Source: Podarcis melisellensis (taxonomy: Eukaryota). From it: a stretch of 64,000 nucleotides of DNA. Shown here in pieces: positions 49,227-63,304 of the stretch (its first letter is position 1; each line of letters opens with the position of its first letter). The notes below the pieces were generated by a model, which saw nothing but the letters and a program-made list of their open reading frames with translations, had not been told where the DNA came from and made no database searches. Position numbers and translations under genes: made by a program. The stretch is taken from the NCBI GenBank assembly GCA_964234715.1, contig OZ174280.1. The stretch is one strand, 5' to 3'.

Positions 49227-52200
49227 TTCCTGTGTGGTTACTTTTATTGAATTTTACATTTCAAGGTGCAAGCACAAAATGGTTTCTAGTGAGTCTGCAG
49301 TGTTGCATAGTTGCAGAATACTTGTGGAAGCAAGTGCTGTGTCTCTTGAATACCACTGCAAAACGTAAACTGTGGCACCCCTACCAAATGACTTGCCACA
49401 GCCAGTACGTAGGAACCGTCTCATAATTGTAAATATGCTACCTAGAGTTCATCTATATTGCTTCTTCATAAGCATCTAAAAGTGTGCTGGTTACTGCATC
49501 TTTGAAAAGTAAGGGTCCATTCACACAACTGTACATCCAGCTAGGGATGTAGATCAAATGTTTCAGGACTGGCTGGGGCTCATAGTGAAATTGCCATCTC
49601 ATTGATTCAGTTTACATCCTGCACACACTTCATCTATATTTTCTGGGATGCTATCAATTCACAATTGAAGGCCTAGGGACTGAAATATAAACAAAGTCCA
49701 TAATTAAGCCAGCTGCTTCATCAGTTGTCCAGCTCAACCTTTGGCCATGCTGGCTTATTAGAAGTGGAGTCCAGCAATATCTGGAGTGCCATTGGTTCCC
49801 CGTGCCTAACTATATGAAATCACCCTTAGACTGCACGTGAAAGCTACATAGAATCATGCAGGACCATCTTCTGGGTACCATACCACTTCAGGATACTAGT
49901 GGAGAATCACATAATTGGATACTTCCCCACATTTATTTTTTTAAAACACAACTGATCGCTGCACATGGAAATCTGTTATAGCAAGAAGGAAGCTAGGTTA
50001 GAACCATTTCCCCATTAGGCCTGCTTTCCACAGGCAAGGAGGTTTTGATCTGGGAGCAGACTCTGAATTGGTGCTGTTTAAGGATGATAGCTTAACTACT
50101 TGGAATTATATATCTATATTTATTTGAATCTATATCCATCCATCCATTATTACTTGCATTTTGAACCTTCATAGCGAGCTATTATCTGCTAGAGCACCTA
50201 AGAATTCATGAGGATATTGGTCCATGTCAGTAGTTTCATTAGGTACGGTATTGCATAGATATATGTGGGACTATTATAACTGTAGACTCTATTGTTCAGC
50301 CTCATTTTGAGAGGTTGGGCTGAATTTCCAACAGACCCATCAAAATTTACCTCCTTGTGATGTATTCTTTGATCTTTTCCTCTTTGAAAACCAGGAAACT
50401 GTTCCCTTTGGACTTTGGGCATGAAAATAAATAGTTGCAAAATAATAGCTCCAAGCCTGTATAACCCTCTTGGGACCAATATTCCCTAAAATTAAATCGT
50501 TCTTTGTTCTTTCACTGCTGAAAATATGAACCTTGTGACTAAGAGATTTCTCAGAGGATGAATGTAGGTGCAAGAAGGGTTGCAAGCAATCTAATAGTGC
50601 ATAAAAATGTAATAATAAAAAGAGGGAAAGTAATTAATAGAATTGTCTTTGTGGTGGGAATGAGCCAAAATATAGTGCTCTTTCCCCATGGAAAGCCTTC
50701 TCCTGCATCCATGTTGATGTTCTTTTAGGGGGAAATGTCTCTCTCTCTCTGTGTACTTAACCTCAGTGGATTACAGTCCACTCTATCTCTTTCCAAGGCT
50801 GGGACAAGATCAAGATTCAGTTATATTGTGGTTCAGATCACTTTGTGACAGTTGCAGCATCAGTTTAAGCAAAAATGATCAGCAAAGATATGAACAGTTC
50901 AACAAGATCCCTCCCTTCCTTTTGCAACTTCATTGACAGGAAGTTGAGGGATAGCAGCTTTCCAACAAAGGACCTGGTTTTTTTCCTAGAGGAGCGTCGC
51001 TCTTTCAGAGTGAACGTCACACTCCCTGAAATTTCACCTTTTGCTGCAAAATACAAGCCCTTAGACATTTTCAGCTTAACCCTGCTGTGTGGATTTCCTT
51101 ATTAAGGTGAAATGAGTCCTAAAGCTTTTTTCATAGCATTCAAAGCTGTGTGCAATGAGTGTATGAAGGGGAAGTGTCATGCCCGCTGTCCTCCCTCTTG
51201 GCTTATGTGCATTCGCCATGTGTCTGTGCACACACAAATCAGGACCCGTAAACAGTGGACATGATTCGTCCCATCCTTCTGCATGGCCATTGTACATGGT
51301 CCCTCCTCTGTGCTGTGCCTCTTTTCACATCCCCATTAATGTTACTGGAACTTCCAGGCACAGGCAGCAACCAATTTTTTTTTGGGGGGGGGTTATGTTC
51401 TGGACCCCTGCATATGTTGGCAGAACCCGTGCAAGCATGTCCTGCTCCACTCTTTTTTGGGTCATTTTTGGGTCCGTTCTGGGTTCAGCATGCTGTCTGT
51501 GTGTGGTCATGCATGTATTGGATGCGCCTAAAAGGATTGCTGCCAGTATGTCAATCTAAGGCTTGCATTCTATATGCCTACTGCAGTATATAGCTGATAT
51601 ACTGCTGTAGCTCCTCTCTGAAAATTTCCTTCCTTGATCAGCTATTTAAACAGCTGCAGTAGAAAGAAATGTGATATTGTGAAGTGTTCTCCATTAGCCC
51701 GGCTAGGACACATATGCATTTGGCTTCGCCCCTCCTTGTATTGCTTCCTGTAATGGTCCCTCCGCCTCAACATTATGTATCTTCATTATGTAATAATATG
51801 GAAGTCTGTAGCTGGATATGTTTAATTTCCTCTTCCCATTCCTTTCTATCCTCTCTCTTAGTTTGTAAGTCATTGTTATAGCCTGTAAACCACCTTGAGT
51901 GCTTTGGCCAGAACAGTAGTAACTAGACATAAGCTAAATTGCAACCTCCTCCTTTGAAGACTACTCTAAACGGGTGTGTTTTAAATAGACTTTTATGGCG
52001 TGAAAGTGCCCTTAGGATGTTCTGCTGTTATACATGGCCCTTTTATACACCATGACAGGGGCAGTTTCCACATATCACACAGTGCTGCTGTTGGAGGTGG
52101 AATCACAAAGGCCAGTCATCATCTGTCCTCTAGCAGAAGAGTGCTAGAGAATAGGCCTGCAAGCCTCACACAGAAGCAACATTGGAGCCTTCCATGTGAA

Positions 52201-54123
52201 GCGTAATATCTGCATGTTAAATTTCATGGTGGTTGAATCTTCATCGAACCAAGTTCTGGGGGGGGGGGATATATTCCCCATATCTTGTCTTTGTTTCAAA
52301 TCAGAAGCACTTTTGATAGTTTAAATATTTGACCAGAATAAGGACAATTTTCAACAATATAATGATAGAAAATATAATGTAAAACACACTAGAAAATGAA
52401 CTTTCTTTTTGTAATTGTCATATTTATCCCTAGTATATCATAAGGGTGTGTGGTTGAGAATGACTGAAGAGAACATGACTATGCAGATGGATGTTCTTTT
52501 TCAAGTGTGTTGGGAAAACATTTTCCCAGGTTTTGTTAGCCACATTAAGAGATTTTAAATTAAGCAGGCTCTCCTCAGACTAATATGCAATACTGATCAT
52601 GACACCGTGTGAACTGCTTGGGGGGGAAAGGTGTCTGACTGCAACATCATGATGGTAATTGTTTTTCTTGCTGGCCTCCTAACTCCTACCAGAGTTATTT
52701 TCCAGATATTTTGCATAAGTGGTAAACAGATAACCCACAACCTGCTGCATACTGAATTATTACAACAGTAGCAGCACTGTATTGCAGGGTAAAAGAAAAT
52801 AGTAAAGCTTGCGTATATATTACAAAGCATTTAGTGCTACTTTTTCTAGCTAAATAGACAACCAGAATTTTAAAAAATCTCTTTTGAAATGCACTCTGTA
52901 TGGCAATTCTATATGCATATCCTCTGGAAAGCTAATCTTTTCCCCATGAGGTATGTTTCTGTGGGTTTTGGTGAGAAACGCAACAGAGACCAGGAAGTGT
53001 AATCTGATTTACATGGTAGATTTATTCATATTATAATTTCTACTCAGAAGGACCTTCAGGGGGTTACCCCTCCTCATCTTTTGAAGAAGAAGGAGAAAAA
53101 AATGTCCCGATCATTTATGGAAGTAGCTTATTTAGAAAGTTGTTTTGGTGCTACTGCAGACAAATGGTCTGAATGCCATTTTAAGCTCCTGGTTGTGAAT
53201 TGGCATGATTTGTGGGAATTGGTCTTGCAGGCCAAATTGGGACTTCATTTGCCGCACCAGCTAAAAGCCCCTCGCCGCTGCCCTGGAAGGGGAAGCAGGG
53301 AGTTTCATTGTGATCTTTCCCCCTCAGACGATTCTGGTTATTATGTCCAGCTCAACAACAACTATATTTTACTTAAGTATTATTTCAGCATGTGGCATTG
53401 TACTGGTTGTATGATTCACTTAAATTTACCACATTCTTTGGCACAATACATTTTACAATACTTTGAAACTTGTTGGTGTGGGGAAAACTTTTAAAAATAG
53501 TTTTATTTTGCTGATTGTTTAGACCCCGTAATCTGACATTCCTTTGGTCTTGATGGATGTCTTGAAGAAACCTCTCTCTCTTTTCATCATTAAGCTCCAG
53601 AATAGACTTGGAACCTAGTTGGAATTAATAGACTGGTCCTTTCTTCCATATTTATATAGTCATGGTGGGAATAGATATGGAAAAAGGCACTTCAGAGGAA
53701 GAAGCAGTGGAGGCATGTCCATTACAGTGAATGGAGCACTGCCCCACGAACCTCAGCCAGCCCCTCTTACAGACTCTGTCATTGACTCCAGCTCCATCTA
53801 TTGTATATCTCCCTGCTTTTTGCCCTACCAGCCCTGAAGGCCAGAAGCCACCACCAGAGGGAAGTCTAAAATATGCTTCTTGGAGTTCATTTACTTGCTC
53901 CTCTTTATATTTCAACCTTTCCGTCTTAACGAGAGATAACTTAACCCTACCAGCCTATGTGGAGATTAGTTGTGTTCCAGTGAGAAATGAAAACCGTATT
54001 TATAGGTTTTCGCACAATTTTTCTATTCTTCATTCTGGAATACCTGTTGAAATAAAGGGAGAATTGCATTGGGTTTTTACTTTCTTGAGTGACTAAATAT
54101 ATTGTTAATCCTCTGGAGACTTA

Positions 54124-54290
54124 CTGTATTTTTCCATCTCTAAGACACCCCCATATATAAGACGCCCCTTATTTTTGGGGACTCAGATTTAAGAAAATGG
54201 GGGGAGATGGCCTGTGTATAAGATGCCCCCTCATTTTTGACATTATTTTTTAGGGGGGGGAAACTAGTCTTATACACAGAAAAAATACAG
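54124..54290. mobile_element. Tc1/mariner (Tc2-like) MITE
   Basis: TIR CTGTATTTTT; TA TSD; internal TAAGA(C/T)RCCCC repeats. Confidence 0.85.
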
Positions 54291-55209
54291 TACTTACCAG
54301 AATGGCAAAACCATGGGGGTGTGATATCCGAAAACACATATCTACTCTGCACATGACTTAGTCAGATAACACCAATGGTATTGATCATGTCTGCTCACAG
54401 TGGGAGAATACATGCAATTATTTTTTGTTCTTTTGTCATTGCAATCGCTGTTTCTTTTGAGCCAGACCCAGATAAAGCATCACATCTTCAGCAGCTAGCT
54501 TTTGGTTTAGCATGACTTTCTGTTGAGCATCTGCTGCGCATATTTCAGTGGAAATAGGGGTTCAATACACATAAATATAAATAATTTTCCCTTGTGCCTA
54601 GGCTGCTGCTTTTTTCCTCTTACGTCAGTGTAAGATTTGAGAGTTAAAATGTGTGCAGGCTTCCAAAATGACCACACTAATGCTTATTTTATCAAAATGT
54701 CTGGGATATTTTTGGAAGAGACTCTTAATTCATACAATTGTTAACTATTGTAATACCCGTTGAGCAACCTGCTATATCTTTGCCAAACATTAATTGAAGG
54801 CATAAGGCAATTGTTGCCAAATCTGTGATTCCATTCTGAGTAAACAAGGCATTTCATCTATTCTTCAATTGAATACGTGAAATTCTTGGTTTTTCCCTGC
54901 AGTCATTTACTCCTCAAAAGGCCAAACTAGGTGTGATGAGGCTGCCATATGTATGTTATCCATATGTCTGCCCTGTTCACCTATAAATCATGGTTAGGAG
55001 ACAATATGTGAAAAGGAGTGCATGAGGGAGAAGAGCAAAAGTTGGCTCTCCTCCACTTTATATCTCTGTACTCCAGAGCTTTCATTTCCTTCCAGGTTGG
55101 CTTAGTTCCAGTAGTAGAACTAGACAGAGAAAACAACTTAAAGCAATGGAGTCCAGCAACATCAAGTGGAAGAGAATGTAGGTGTCCCTTTTCTTCAGCA
55201 CCCCCTTTG

Positions 55210-55455
55210 AGGGTTGCCATATGTCAGGAACCTCCCGAACATAACCGGAATACTGCAGTCAGAAACAGTGTCCAGGCAGAAATTGTTAAAATGTCCATGA
55301 AAATCCGGACACATGTTGATCCATGTCAGCAGTGTTGTTTTTGCCAATGTTCCTGAAAAATAACTCAAAAATGACATTTTTGTGGGGGAATTTTGCCAAA
55401 GAAAGCTCAACAACTTTGATGTCTGGATTTTTACTTTTTGAAATGGGGCAACCCA
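55210..55455. mobile_element. hAT Blackjack-like MITE
   Basis: Termini GGGTTGCC...GGCAACCC; internal TGTCC/CCGGACA repeats; TSD unclear. Confidence 0.65.
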
Positions 55456-56915
55456 ACCCCTGCCCCTCTTTATATGTGAATGGGACAGACATTTGGGCAG
55501 CTTGCCCAACATACCTAGTTTGGCCTTACTGCTGAAAGAGCAGTTTTATACAGGGCCTCTTTGGGACTTAATGGGATTCTTATTTAACTGTCCAAAGAGG
55601 AATAGGTAAGTGAGACCCTGCATTCACCCACAACTGCCCCTGCTTTGTTGTTTTTTCCTTCCTTGAACCTCAGTAATTGTGTCCATGGGAAAGATCTATC
55701 TCTGGATAGGCAATTGAAATCAGATGGATATCAGCTTTCGAAGAAAAGTCCAGGCACTGAAATATTGCAAGTCACCAAACCGAATAAAGTAATGAATTAG
55801 AAGGTTTCTACTGCATTAAATAAACCCAGACAATTATCCACATTCTCAAGTAGCCATTTTAAGTGTTCAAAAAACAAGAACCAACCACGACAATCACCAG
55901 GATAGATACTCCACCCAAATGGCTCCCCTTTTCAACAAACAAATAATTAACGTTCCTGATGAACTCTGCCTTTTCAGTGCAGGACTGCACATGTACCCTG
56001 TTTTAAATGAAGATGTGGTCTTCCTGCAAGTTAGCTATTACCCCATACAGTCAAAGGTACATCTTTTACCCCCCTCCCATGGTGGGGGCAAAGTTAGTGT
56101 GAGGCAAGGAGCACCTCCAGACATCCTCTTTATTAAGCTTCTCCCCCCCTGATTTTTGTGTGTGAAGGTTATACAACACCCACTGTTTATTGAACTTTCA
56201 CCCTGATTTTTTGTGCAGGTTATACAACTTCCTGTCAATGATTATCATACACTTTCTAATGCATTTTCCCCATCACTTTTCTTACGCGAAAAGACTGCTT
56301 GTTGTTTTTATTTTTTAAAAGTGGGTTTGTTGCACAAGTGTGCTTTAATCCACCTGAATTGCACAGATCTCAATTTTCCAGTGTGTAATTGAACCCCTCC
56401 AGCAAAATAGTGACAGTCTGGGAGAAAACTAACACTAAACCAGCACCAGTGCTAAAAACATTTTTAAGCCGTCTTACTAACTGCACTGCATCGCCTGCGC
56501 TTCTTGTCTCTTGCGTTCTGCCTTGATGGATTCACTGGTTTCAGCTGATTTTTCTTCCCAGGAGTTTCCTTTCAACAAAATTACATTGATTATTCTCTTA
56601 TTCACTGTGGGTGGATTGCTCTGGTGCTGAAGTTCGAAACTGTGCCTGGCTTGCATTAAACACACACACATATACACACTGCTACTAACAGTGATTAAAA
56701 GCTTTGGTTTTGATTTTTGCTTAGAGAAAAACGTAAGTATTTTTTTAGACCAGAAACAAAGTTGACGTAACTTGCCAGTAGAGTGCTTGATTTATAAAAT
56801 GACTGCTTTTTGCCTTCTCTTTGCATTTCTCTGCATTTTCCTTGATGGAGTTGACTTGATGCAATCGAAAAGGTTTCTGTGTGCATAAAAAGTGACTATT
56901 TTTCATTGGTTGCAG

Positions 56916-57027
56916 GCTCTTCTAGAGGACCCAGCCCCTTGACAATGGGTGCACAAGACACTCTGCCCGTAGCTGCAGCTTTCACTGAAACAGTTAATGC
57001 GTACTTCAAAGGAGCAGATCCTAACAA
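56916..57027 (+). CDS. SGIP1: SGIP1 exon (G)[36 protein letters not shown], start of mu-homology domain (112 nt)
   Basis: ttgcag|GC...AA|gtaggt. Confidence 0.96.
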
Positions 57028-57567
57028 GTAGGTATCAAATTGTTTGCCCTCCATCTCTTCCCCATACAATAATAAACGGTTCAGGGTTGGTCTTACACAG
57101 TTAGAGTATGCTCACCTTTACTGCTTACTCTGCATCCTGTGTACTCCCACTGCTAGTTTTTCCCCCCTGAAGCCAAATTCAGAACCCGACCTTAGCCACA
57201 ACCCATACTGATGCTGTAGCTTCTTGACAAATACTGTTGTTTGATGCATTTCCCTCTCTCAATTGAACTTTAGTCCAGCTGCATTCACTTAGTACTTTAA
57301 GAATGGTGTGTACGTTTGAGAAGGCAGGGAAACAAAAAAGGCCGCACTCCTTGGCTGAGTCTCCCTCTCTGGTATGAACAGCACTGTGCAAATGTGGTTT
57401 CAAATGCAGCAGTGGGAAACAACCTCACTGAATTTTAAGCTGCTGGTGTGAACATCCCCTTATTTGCCTGTAGGTGGGCCACACGTTAGGGACTGGTGAT
57501 GTAAAACCAGCAACAAAGTTGGAGAAAATATTCTTTGGCAGCTGACAAATAATTCAGTAAATAAGTA

Positions 57568-57798
57568 CAGTTGTACCTCGGGTTACATACACTTCAGGTT
57601 ACATACGCTTCAGGTTACAGACTCTGCTAACCCAGAAATAGTACCTCGGGTTAGGAACTTTGCTTCAGGATGAGAACAGAAATTGTGCGGCGGCAGCGGG
57701 AGGCCCCATTAGCTAAAGTGGTGCTTCAGGTTAAGAACAGTTTCAGGTTAAGAACAGACCTCCGGAATGAATTAATTACGTAACCAGAGGTACCACTG
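57568..57798. mobile_element. Tigger/pogo-like MITE
   Basis: TIR CAGT(T/G)GTACCTC.GGTTAC; TA TSD. Confidence 0.88.
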
Positions 57799-58190
57799 TA
57801 CTGAGTGGGGAGAGGACACAGGGATCAGTTATTTTGCAAAAAGGGGACCCTAGCATGATGCAATCAGAGTTCTGTTGAATGCTTTCATAAATTACTGTGT
57901 CAAGAGAAAAAAACAGATGCTCCAGCTTCTCAGTCTTCAGCGTGGTTGGGGTATTGAAATATCATCTGATCTTCAGTGAAGTATGACTGTAATCTGGTAT
58001 ATTGGTTTGCTGTTTTTATTTCATTTTACAACTCTGTATTATTTTTCTTTTTCTCTGTTACTTCAGTGCCTACACATTTTTGTATGCAACAAAAAATCAA
58101 ATAAAAAGTTTTCTTTCCTCCAAGTATAGGGAAATGTACCTGAATGAATTGTTCTCTTTCTCTTTCTGTACGTTTCTTTTGATATTAAAG

Positions 58191-58346
58191 ATGCATAGTG
58201 AAGATTACTGGAGAGATGGTGCTGTCGTTTCCTGCAGGAATTACTAGACATTTTGCCAATAATCCCGCCCCTGCTGTTCTAACATTCCGTGTAACAAATT
58301 ACAACAGGTTAGAACACGTCTTGCCAAACCCCCAACTGCTTTGCTG
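58191..58346 (+). CDS. SGIP1: SGIP1 muHD exon (K)[16 protein letters not shown]...PQLLC (156 nt)
   Basis: attaaag|A...TG|gtaaat. Confidence 0.96.
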
Positions 58347-59127
58347 GTAAATATCTTTCTATTTTATAGATTTATAGGAGGAAGTTGCTTTTGTAACTTT
58401 CGTACAAGAAACTTTGCATAGATAATAAATGAGATCAATAGCATTCTTAATTTATAAATATCTAAAACCTTTCAGTATATTTTTGTATGTCAAAAACATA
58501 CAAAAGTACCTGTGGCGTTTATACTCTGTTGTTGAAACGGTAACTCTCACAATGTTTTCTTTTATTGTTGTATAGTGATTTTACAGATGAGCAGCATGCT
58601 CATTTGTCAAGCTGTTGTCAGAAAGCAAACACAAAATGTTCATGTTGATCACCATCAGCTTGAGCATGGGTCATTCTGAAGCAGCTATAATAAATGACTA
58701 TTTCGCTTTCCAGTTTTTGGCAATGCCAAATTAGAAGAAAATGGGACTGTTAACAATATAGCTAGAAACCTGCTTGCCATTCTTCAGCTTTTCACTGTGA
58801 ATCTGCTGCCGAAGACCTCTGAATCAGTCTCTGTCTCTCATTCTTTGCATTCAAATTTTGCCCCAGTAAGACCATTACAATTTGACATCATTTCTTAACA
58901 CAATGAACATGCTACAAATATAACACACATCTATCTGAAGGACGTGTGGTATTTCATCCCTGATCACTGGACATTAGGGTTGGTTGGGTTGGGACTTAGG
59001 AGTTGTAATCCAATACCTAGCTGAGCCCCAGGTTCCCCAACCCTGCTCTTCGTGTTATTACTTGCTGACAAAAGTTTTCCATTTACAAAATTAACATTTT
59101 CTCTCTTTTTCCCCTAAATGGATGCAG

Positions 59128-59260
59128 TGACAGTACACAAGCTGATGCCAATGCAAAGGAATTCTGGGTAAACATGCCAAATTTGATGACACATTTAAAG
59201 AAAGTATCTGAACAGAAACCACAAGCAACGTATTATAATGTGGATATGCTTAAATATCAG
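59128..59260 (+). CDS. SGIP1: SGIP1 muHD exon (C)[19 protein letters not shown]...DMLKYQ (133 nt)
   Basis: gatgcag|T...CAG|gtaata. Confidence 0.96.
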
Positions 59261-59488
59261 GTAATACCTTTTACAGTATATCATCTGGTGAAATGTTCAA
59301 TGTGCATAAGGGCTGGATAAATATAGTTCCTTTTTGTTAGTCATTGCTGGTTTCAGTATCTCCCCCCCCCCCAAAAAAAAAAACTTTTTATGAATGGACA
59401 TGCTGAATTGTACTAAAGGAAAAGTAAAAACAATGCAAAGTATATTCCAGGCCAAAAGAACCCCTTTTAATCTGAAAGTTTATAACTA

Positions 59489-59750
59489 GAGAGCCAGTGT
59501 GGTGTAGTGGTTAAGAGCGGTAGTCTCGTAATCTGGGGAACCGGGTTCGCGTCTCCGCTCCTCCACATGCAGCTGCTGGGTGACCTTGGGCCAGTCACAC
59601 TTCTCTGAAGTCTCTCAGCCCCACTCACCTCACAGAGTGTTTGTTGTGGGGGAGGAAGGGAAAGGAGAATGTTAGCCGCTTTGAGACTCCTTAAAGGGAG
59701 TGAAAGGCAGGATATCAAATCCAAACTCTTCTTCTTCTACTACTACTACT
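59489..59750 (+). mobile_element. Squam3-like tRNA SINE with L2-type tail
   Basis: GAGAGCCAGTGTGGTGTAGTGGTTAAGAGC head, GGGTTCGCGTCTCC B box, (CTT)n(CTA)n tail. Confidence 0.85.
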
Positions 59751-59791
59751 ACACTTTGCCTATGAAATCTTCCCTTTCTCTTTCTTATAAG

Positions 59792-59994
59792 GTATCAGCC
59801 CAGGGTATTCAGTCTACTCCATTGAACCTTGCAGTGAACTGGCGGTGTGAGCCTACAAGCACCGATCTACGCATTGACTACAAATATAATCTAGAGGCAA
59901 TGACTACACCAGTAGCTTTAAACAATGTGCAGTTCCTTGTTCCCATAGACGGAGGAGTGACAAAACTTCAAGCTGTGCTTCCACCTGCTATTTG
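59792..59994 (+). CDS. SGIP1: SGIP1 muHD exon [13 protein letters not shown]...LPPAI(W) (203 nt)
   Basis: ttataag|GTA...TG|gtatga. Confidence 0.96.
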
Positions 59995-60296
59995 GTATGA
60001 ACGTAAACTGGTCTTTGATCCTTCCCAGTGCTCACTCCAGAGATGCACTGTTCTTAATGGCTGAAGGTGGTTCCATATGGACAACCTGAAACTGTTTTTG
60101 ATCAGCCCTTGTCATTATGTGATTAAAACTTTTGCACAGTTCTGTCTGAATAACTCTGTAGCATTTAGAGCATTTGTATGCAAATGAGAAAGAGAGAAAC
60201 TTAATGCTACAGCTTATCCACGCTTACCTTTCCTCTGCTCTTTCCAGGCATGGTCTGAGATTTAAAGCTCTGTGTCCAAGCACCCCCTTTTTTGTT

Positions 60297-60440
60297 TTTT
60301 TGTTCCAGAGCTCTCCCTGAAAAAAACCGTTCTGTAAAGCTCAATTGGAGCAAACATCAACCTGAAGAAAACCCAAACGGAAGTTTGCTCCGATTCAGCT
60401 TTAAAGAGCAGGTTTTCTCAGGAAAACCTCTGGCCAAAAA
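60297..60440. repeat. Imperfect inverted repeat (foldback element remnant)
   Basis: AAAGCTCAATTGGAGCAAAC and GTTTGCTCCGATTCAGCTTT arms. Confidence 0.65.
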
Positions 60441-60797
60441 TCAAACAAACACATGTGCCTTTCAGATGATGTTGGGCTGCATCATCCCTGACCTTTGTTT
60501 GGCCATGGTGGCTGGGGCTGATGGGAAACTGTAGAACAACAGTGTATAATGGGCACCAAGTTGGCTGCCCCAAGGTAGTGGGGATGCTAGCTTTACACAA
60601 GGCAAATAGTTATGGGAACTTCCTGCTCAGCACTGTAACAATAAACTGGGATGGTTCCTGAACTACACTGTTCTGTACTGACGTTCTATGCTGGATGATG
60701 CTAATTTCAGATTGCCTGCTTCCTGCAGCGCTTAATTTGCTTGCTACGTGTCCTGTCACTCCAAAACTCATACCAACAAGCTTTCTTTTGTTTTTAG

Positions 60798-60862
60798 GAA
60801 TGCTGAACAGCAAAAGATATTGTGGAGGATTCCTGATATTTCACAAAAATCAGAGAATGGAG
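60798..60862 (+). CDS. SGIP1: SGIP1 muHD exon [21 protein letters not shown] (65 nt)
   Basis: tttttag|G...G|gtaata. Confidence 0.96.
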
Positions 60863-61695
60863 GTAATAAGGCAAGCTTACATGCTCCTCTGAAAAATCAG
60901 CCTCTTCGGCCTTACGTTTTCTCCCTCTACTCATACTAACATGTGCCCCACTTACTGCGTCATCATGTATAGCTGTCTTCTCACTCCTCTCTCACTGTGT
61001 GGAGTGAGGAGACTCATTGAACAGTGCAGCCATGGATAGTTATTACATGAAACTGAATACAGTACAATAAAGCCAAGAGTTCCTGGGCTGCGCACTTATT
61101 TTAACATGTTATTGGGGTGAGTTAATTACTGAAATGTCATTGCTATTTATGTATTACGTTTATGAATTAATTTTTTTTATATGTAGTTTCATTATTTCTG
61201 TGAACTGGTTTGGTTACAAAATTATTACGAATAATAAGCATACAAATAAACTGATGAGACTGGTATGTGCAGTGTGATTATGCATGTTATCTCAGAAATA
61301 AGTTCCGGGGGGGGGGGGACTTGAATAAAATCTGAGGTGGGCAGGTAAGTCCCACCCTGCATACACAGCATTTGAATGCCAGTGTTCATCAACTGGGGGG
61401 GTCAGCCCCCTCAAATATTTTATTGGGGGGGTAAAGGGACCTTGGCCCCTAGGAGTTGGCTCCTAGGAGTCCCACTATGTTCAGTGGTGTTTACTTACTC
61501 CCAGGTAAGTGTGCATAGGATTGCTGCTTAAAAACACCAGTTGCTCAGGAGGAAGAAGGGGAAGTGGTGTGATCTGGCTTTAACAATTAGCAAAATGAAA
61601 GCTTATCCCGCTGTCAGTGAGTCTCCTACATGTGCATAGGTTTTCTCACTGTGTTACATTTTTGTAACATACTTGCTGTATTTTCTACCTTAAAG

Positions 61696-61860
61696 GTGTG
61701 GGCTCTTTGCTGGCACGATTCCAGTTATCCGAGGGACCAAGCAAACCTTCCCCCCTGGTTGTGCAGTTCACCAGCGAAGGGACCACTCTGTCCAGTTGCG
61801 ATATTGAACTTGTTGGAGCCGGGTATCGTTTTTCACTTATTAAAAAGAGGTTTGCAGCAG
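61696..61860 (+). CDS. SGIP1: SGIP1 muHD exon (G)[13 protein letters not shown]...KKRFAA (165 nt)
   Basis: ttaaag|GT...G|gtaatt. Confidence 0.96.
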
Positions 61861-63304
61861 GTAATTTTTTTGTTTGTTTGTTTCTATAGAGGCGCCTTAA
61901 ATTTTCTTCTTCTAAGTGGGGGTAGGGGTGTATCAGCAAAATGGGGAGCTGGGTGGTTAGGTCTGGAAAGGTCAGTGTCCAGGGTTGTTTAGTCTGGGTG
62001 CCTACATCCCATCATGCCATCTGTTAAAAGATGCATGCTTCCCATTGTAATAAGGAATTGGGGGTGGGATGCTGGTCGCATCTTTTCAGTTTCATCCTAT
62101 AAAACCAAGCTGTTGCCTGATCTGTTGCTCAAACTCTATTGAGCTGTGAGCGCACATGGGTACATACATACATATGGCACCACTTCTTCCTTTTTACCAC
62201 CATGGAGAATTCCTTTGGGATCTCCTGCCTCAAGAGCCACAGGTCTTGATAAGAAGTTATGGCGCAGATGGTGTGATGGGGTGGAGTCATGAAGCTGCCC
62301 TTCCAACAGCAGCATCACTGCAGTTTACTTAGAGAGGGGTGGGGTGGGGCAGAGCAGAGCAGAGCAGTGGTGAGGTTGGGATGGCACAGAATGCACTACT
62401 GTGAGTGCCGGATTGGCTTTGCCAGGGCATATGTGTAGACCTGTCCAGGTCAGCTGCAGTGACTCTGGTGCTGGGAGGGCAGCTCCTCCACACCACCCTG
62501 GCCACTAGTGTCCTATGAGGATGCAACACACATGTTTGGATTTCCTGTGCCTTGTCCAATAGCTCCAATATGAATAAGATATGAAAAGTTGTTTGATCTC
62601 TTCCCCTTCTTGTGCCCCACTGAGAGATCTCAACCGGTCTGAGGCACCTGGACCTAAAGAAGTAATTCACAATCTTTCACAAGGAAAAGAACAATAATTC
62701 AGTATGTTTCTCAGGTTGTTATTAGAAGAACCTTCCTGTAAACAGTAACTTGAAGACTATTGCCAGCTGAAAGATTTGAACAATTTGTATTATTAGGTGA
62801 AGTCAAGAATCTAGATTTGTTTCAACTGCAGTAGAGGGACAGACCTGAAAGTCCACATTTCATGATAATGTCATCAACCACCTTCACTTAAGTAATTTAA
62901 TTGATAGGCCAGTTTGCATGTAAGGACAAGCCATGGTTAATGGCTTATTAGGACTGAACAGTAAGTGGTGAAGACTTGGCTTATCAATAGGTCTGAACTT
63001 GGTGTTGTGGCTTGTTTTGCCCTAATAAATCATTATCAGCAAGTCATGCTTTCATTTGTTAGAGAGAAACAATCCACTGGGCTTGGCTGCAACAAGCCAA
63101 GTCTTCATGACTTGTTGGTCCCAGGCACTCCAGGGGAGAAGCAAGGTGGGAGTGATTGGTTGGTGTGGAAAAGCATGCTGCTCAGACCTGGTAAGCCATG
63201 AACAGTGGCTTATTGTAAATTGCCATGTTTATAAAAATAAATACGAGCTTTATTAATGTTATGAAACTTTTCTTTTAACATACCTTTTATCACTTTCCTT
63301 TCAG

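Noticed and set aside
48824-49426. Longest ORF in the track (200 aa)
   Set aside because: It reads through an antisense GC-rich Sauria SINE; related peptides recur at the other SINE copies.
56147-56228. Short imperfect duplication CCCTGATTTTT...GGTTATACAAC
   Set aside because: Two diverged copies only; ordinary local duplication, not an array.
59489-59570. tRNA-like sequence (also at the Sauria SINE heads)
   Set aside because: SINE heads continuous with SINE bodies, not tRNA genes.
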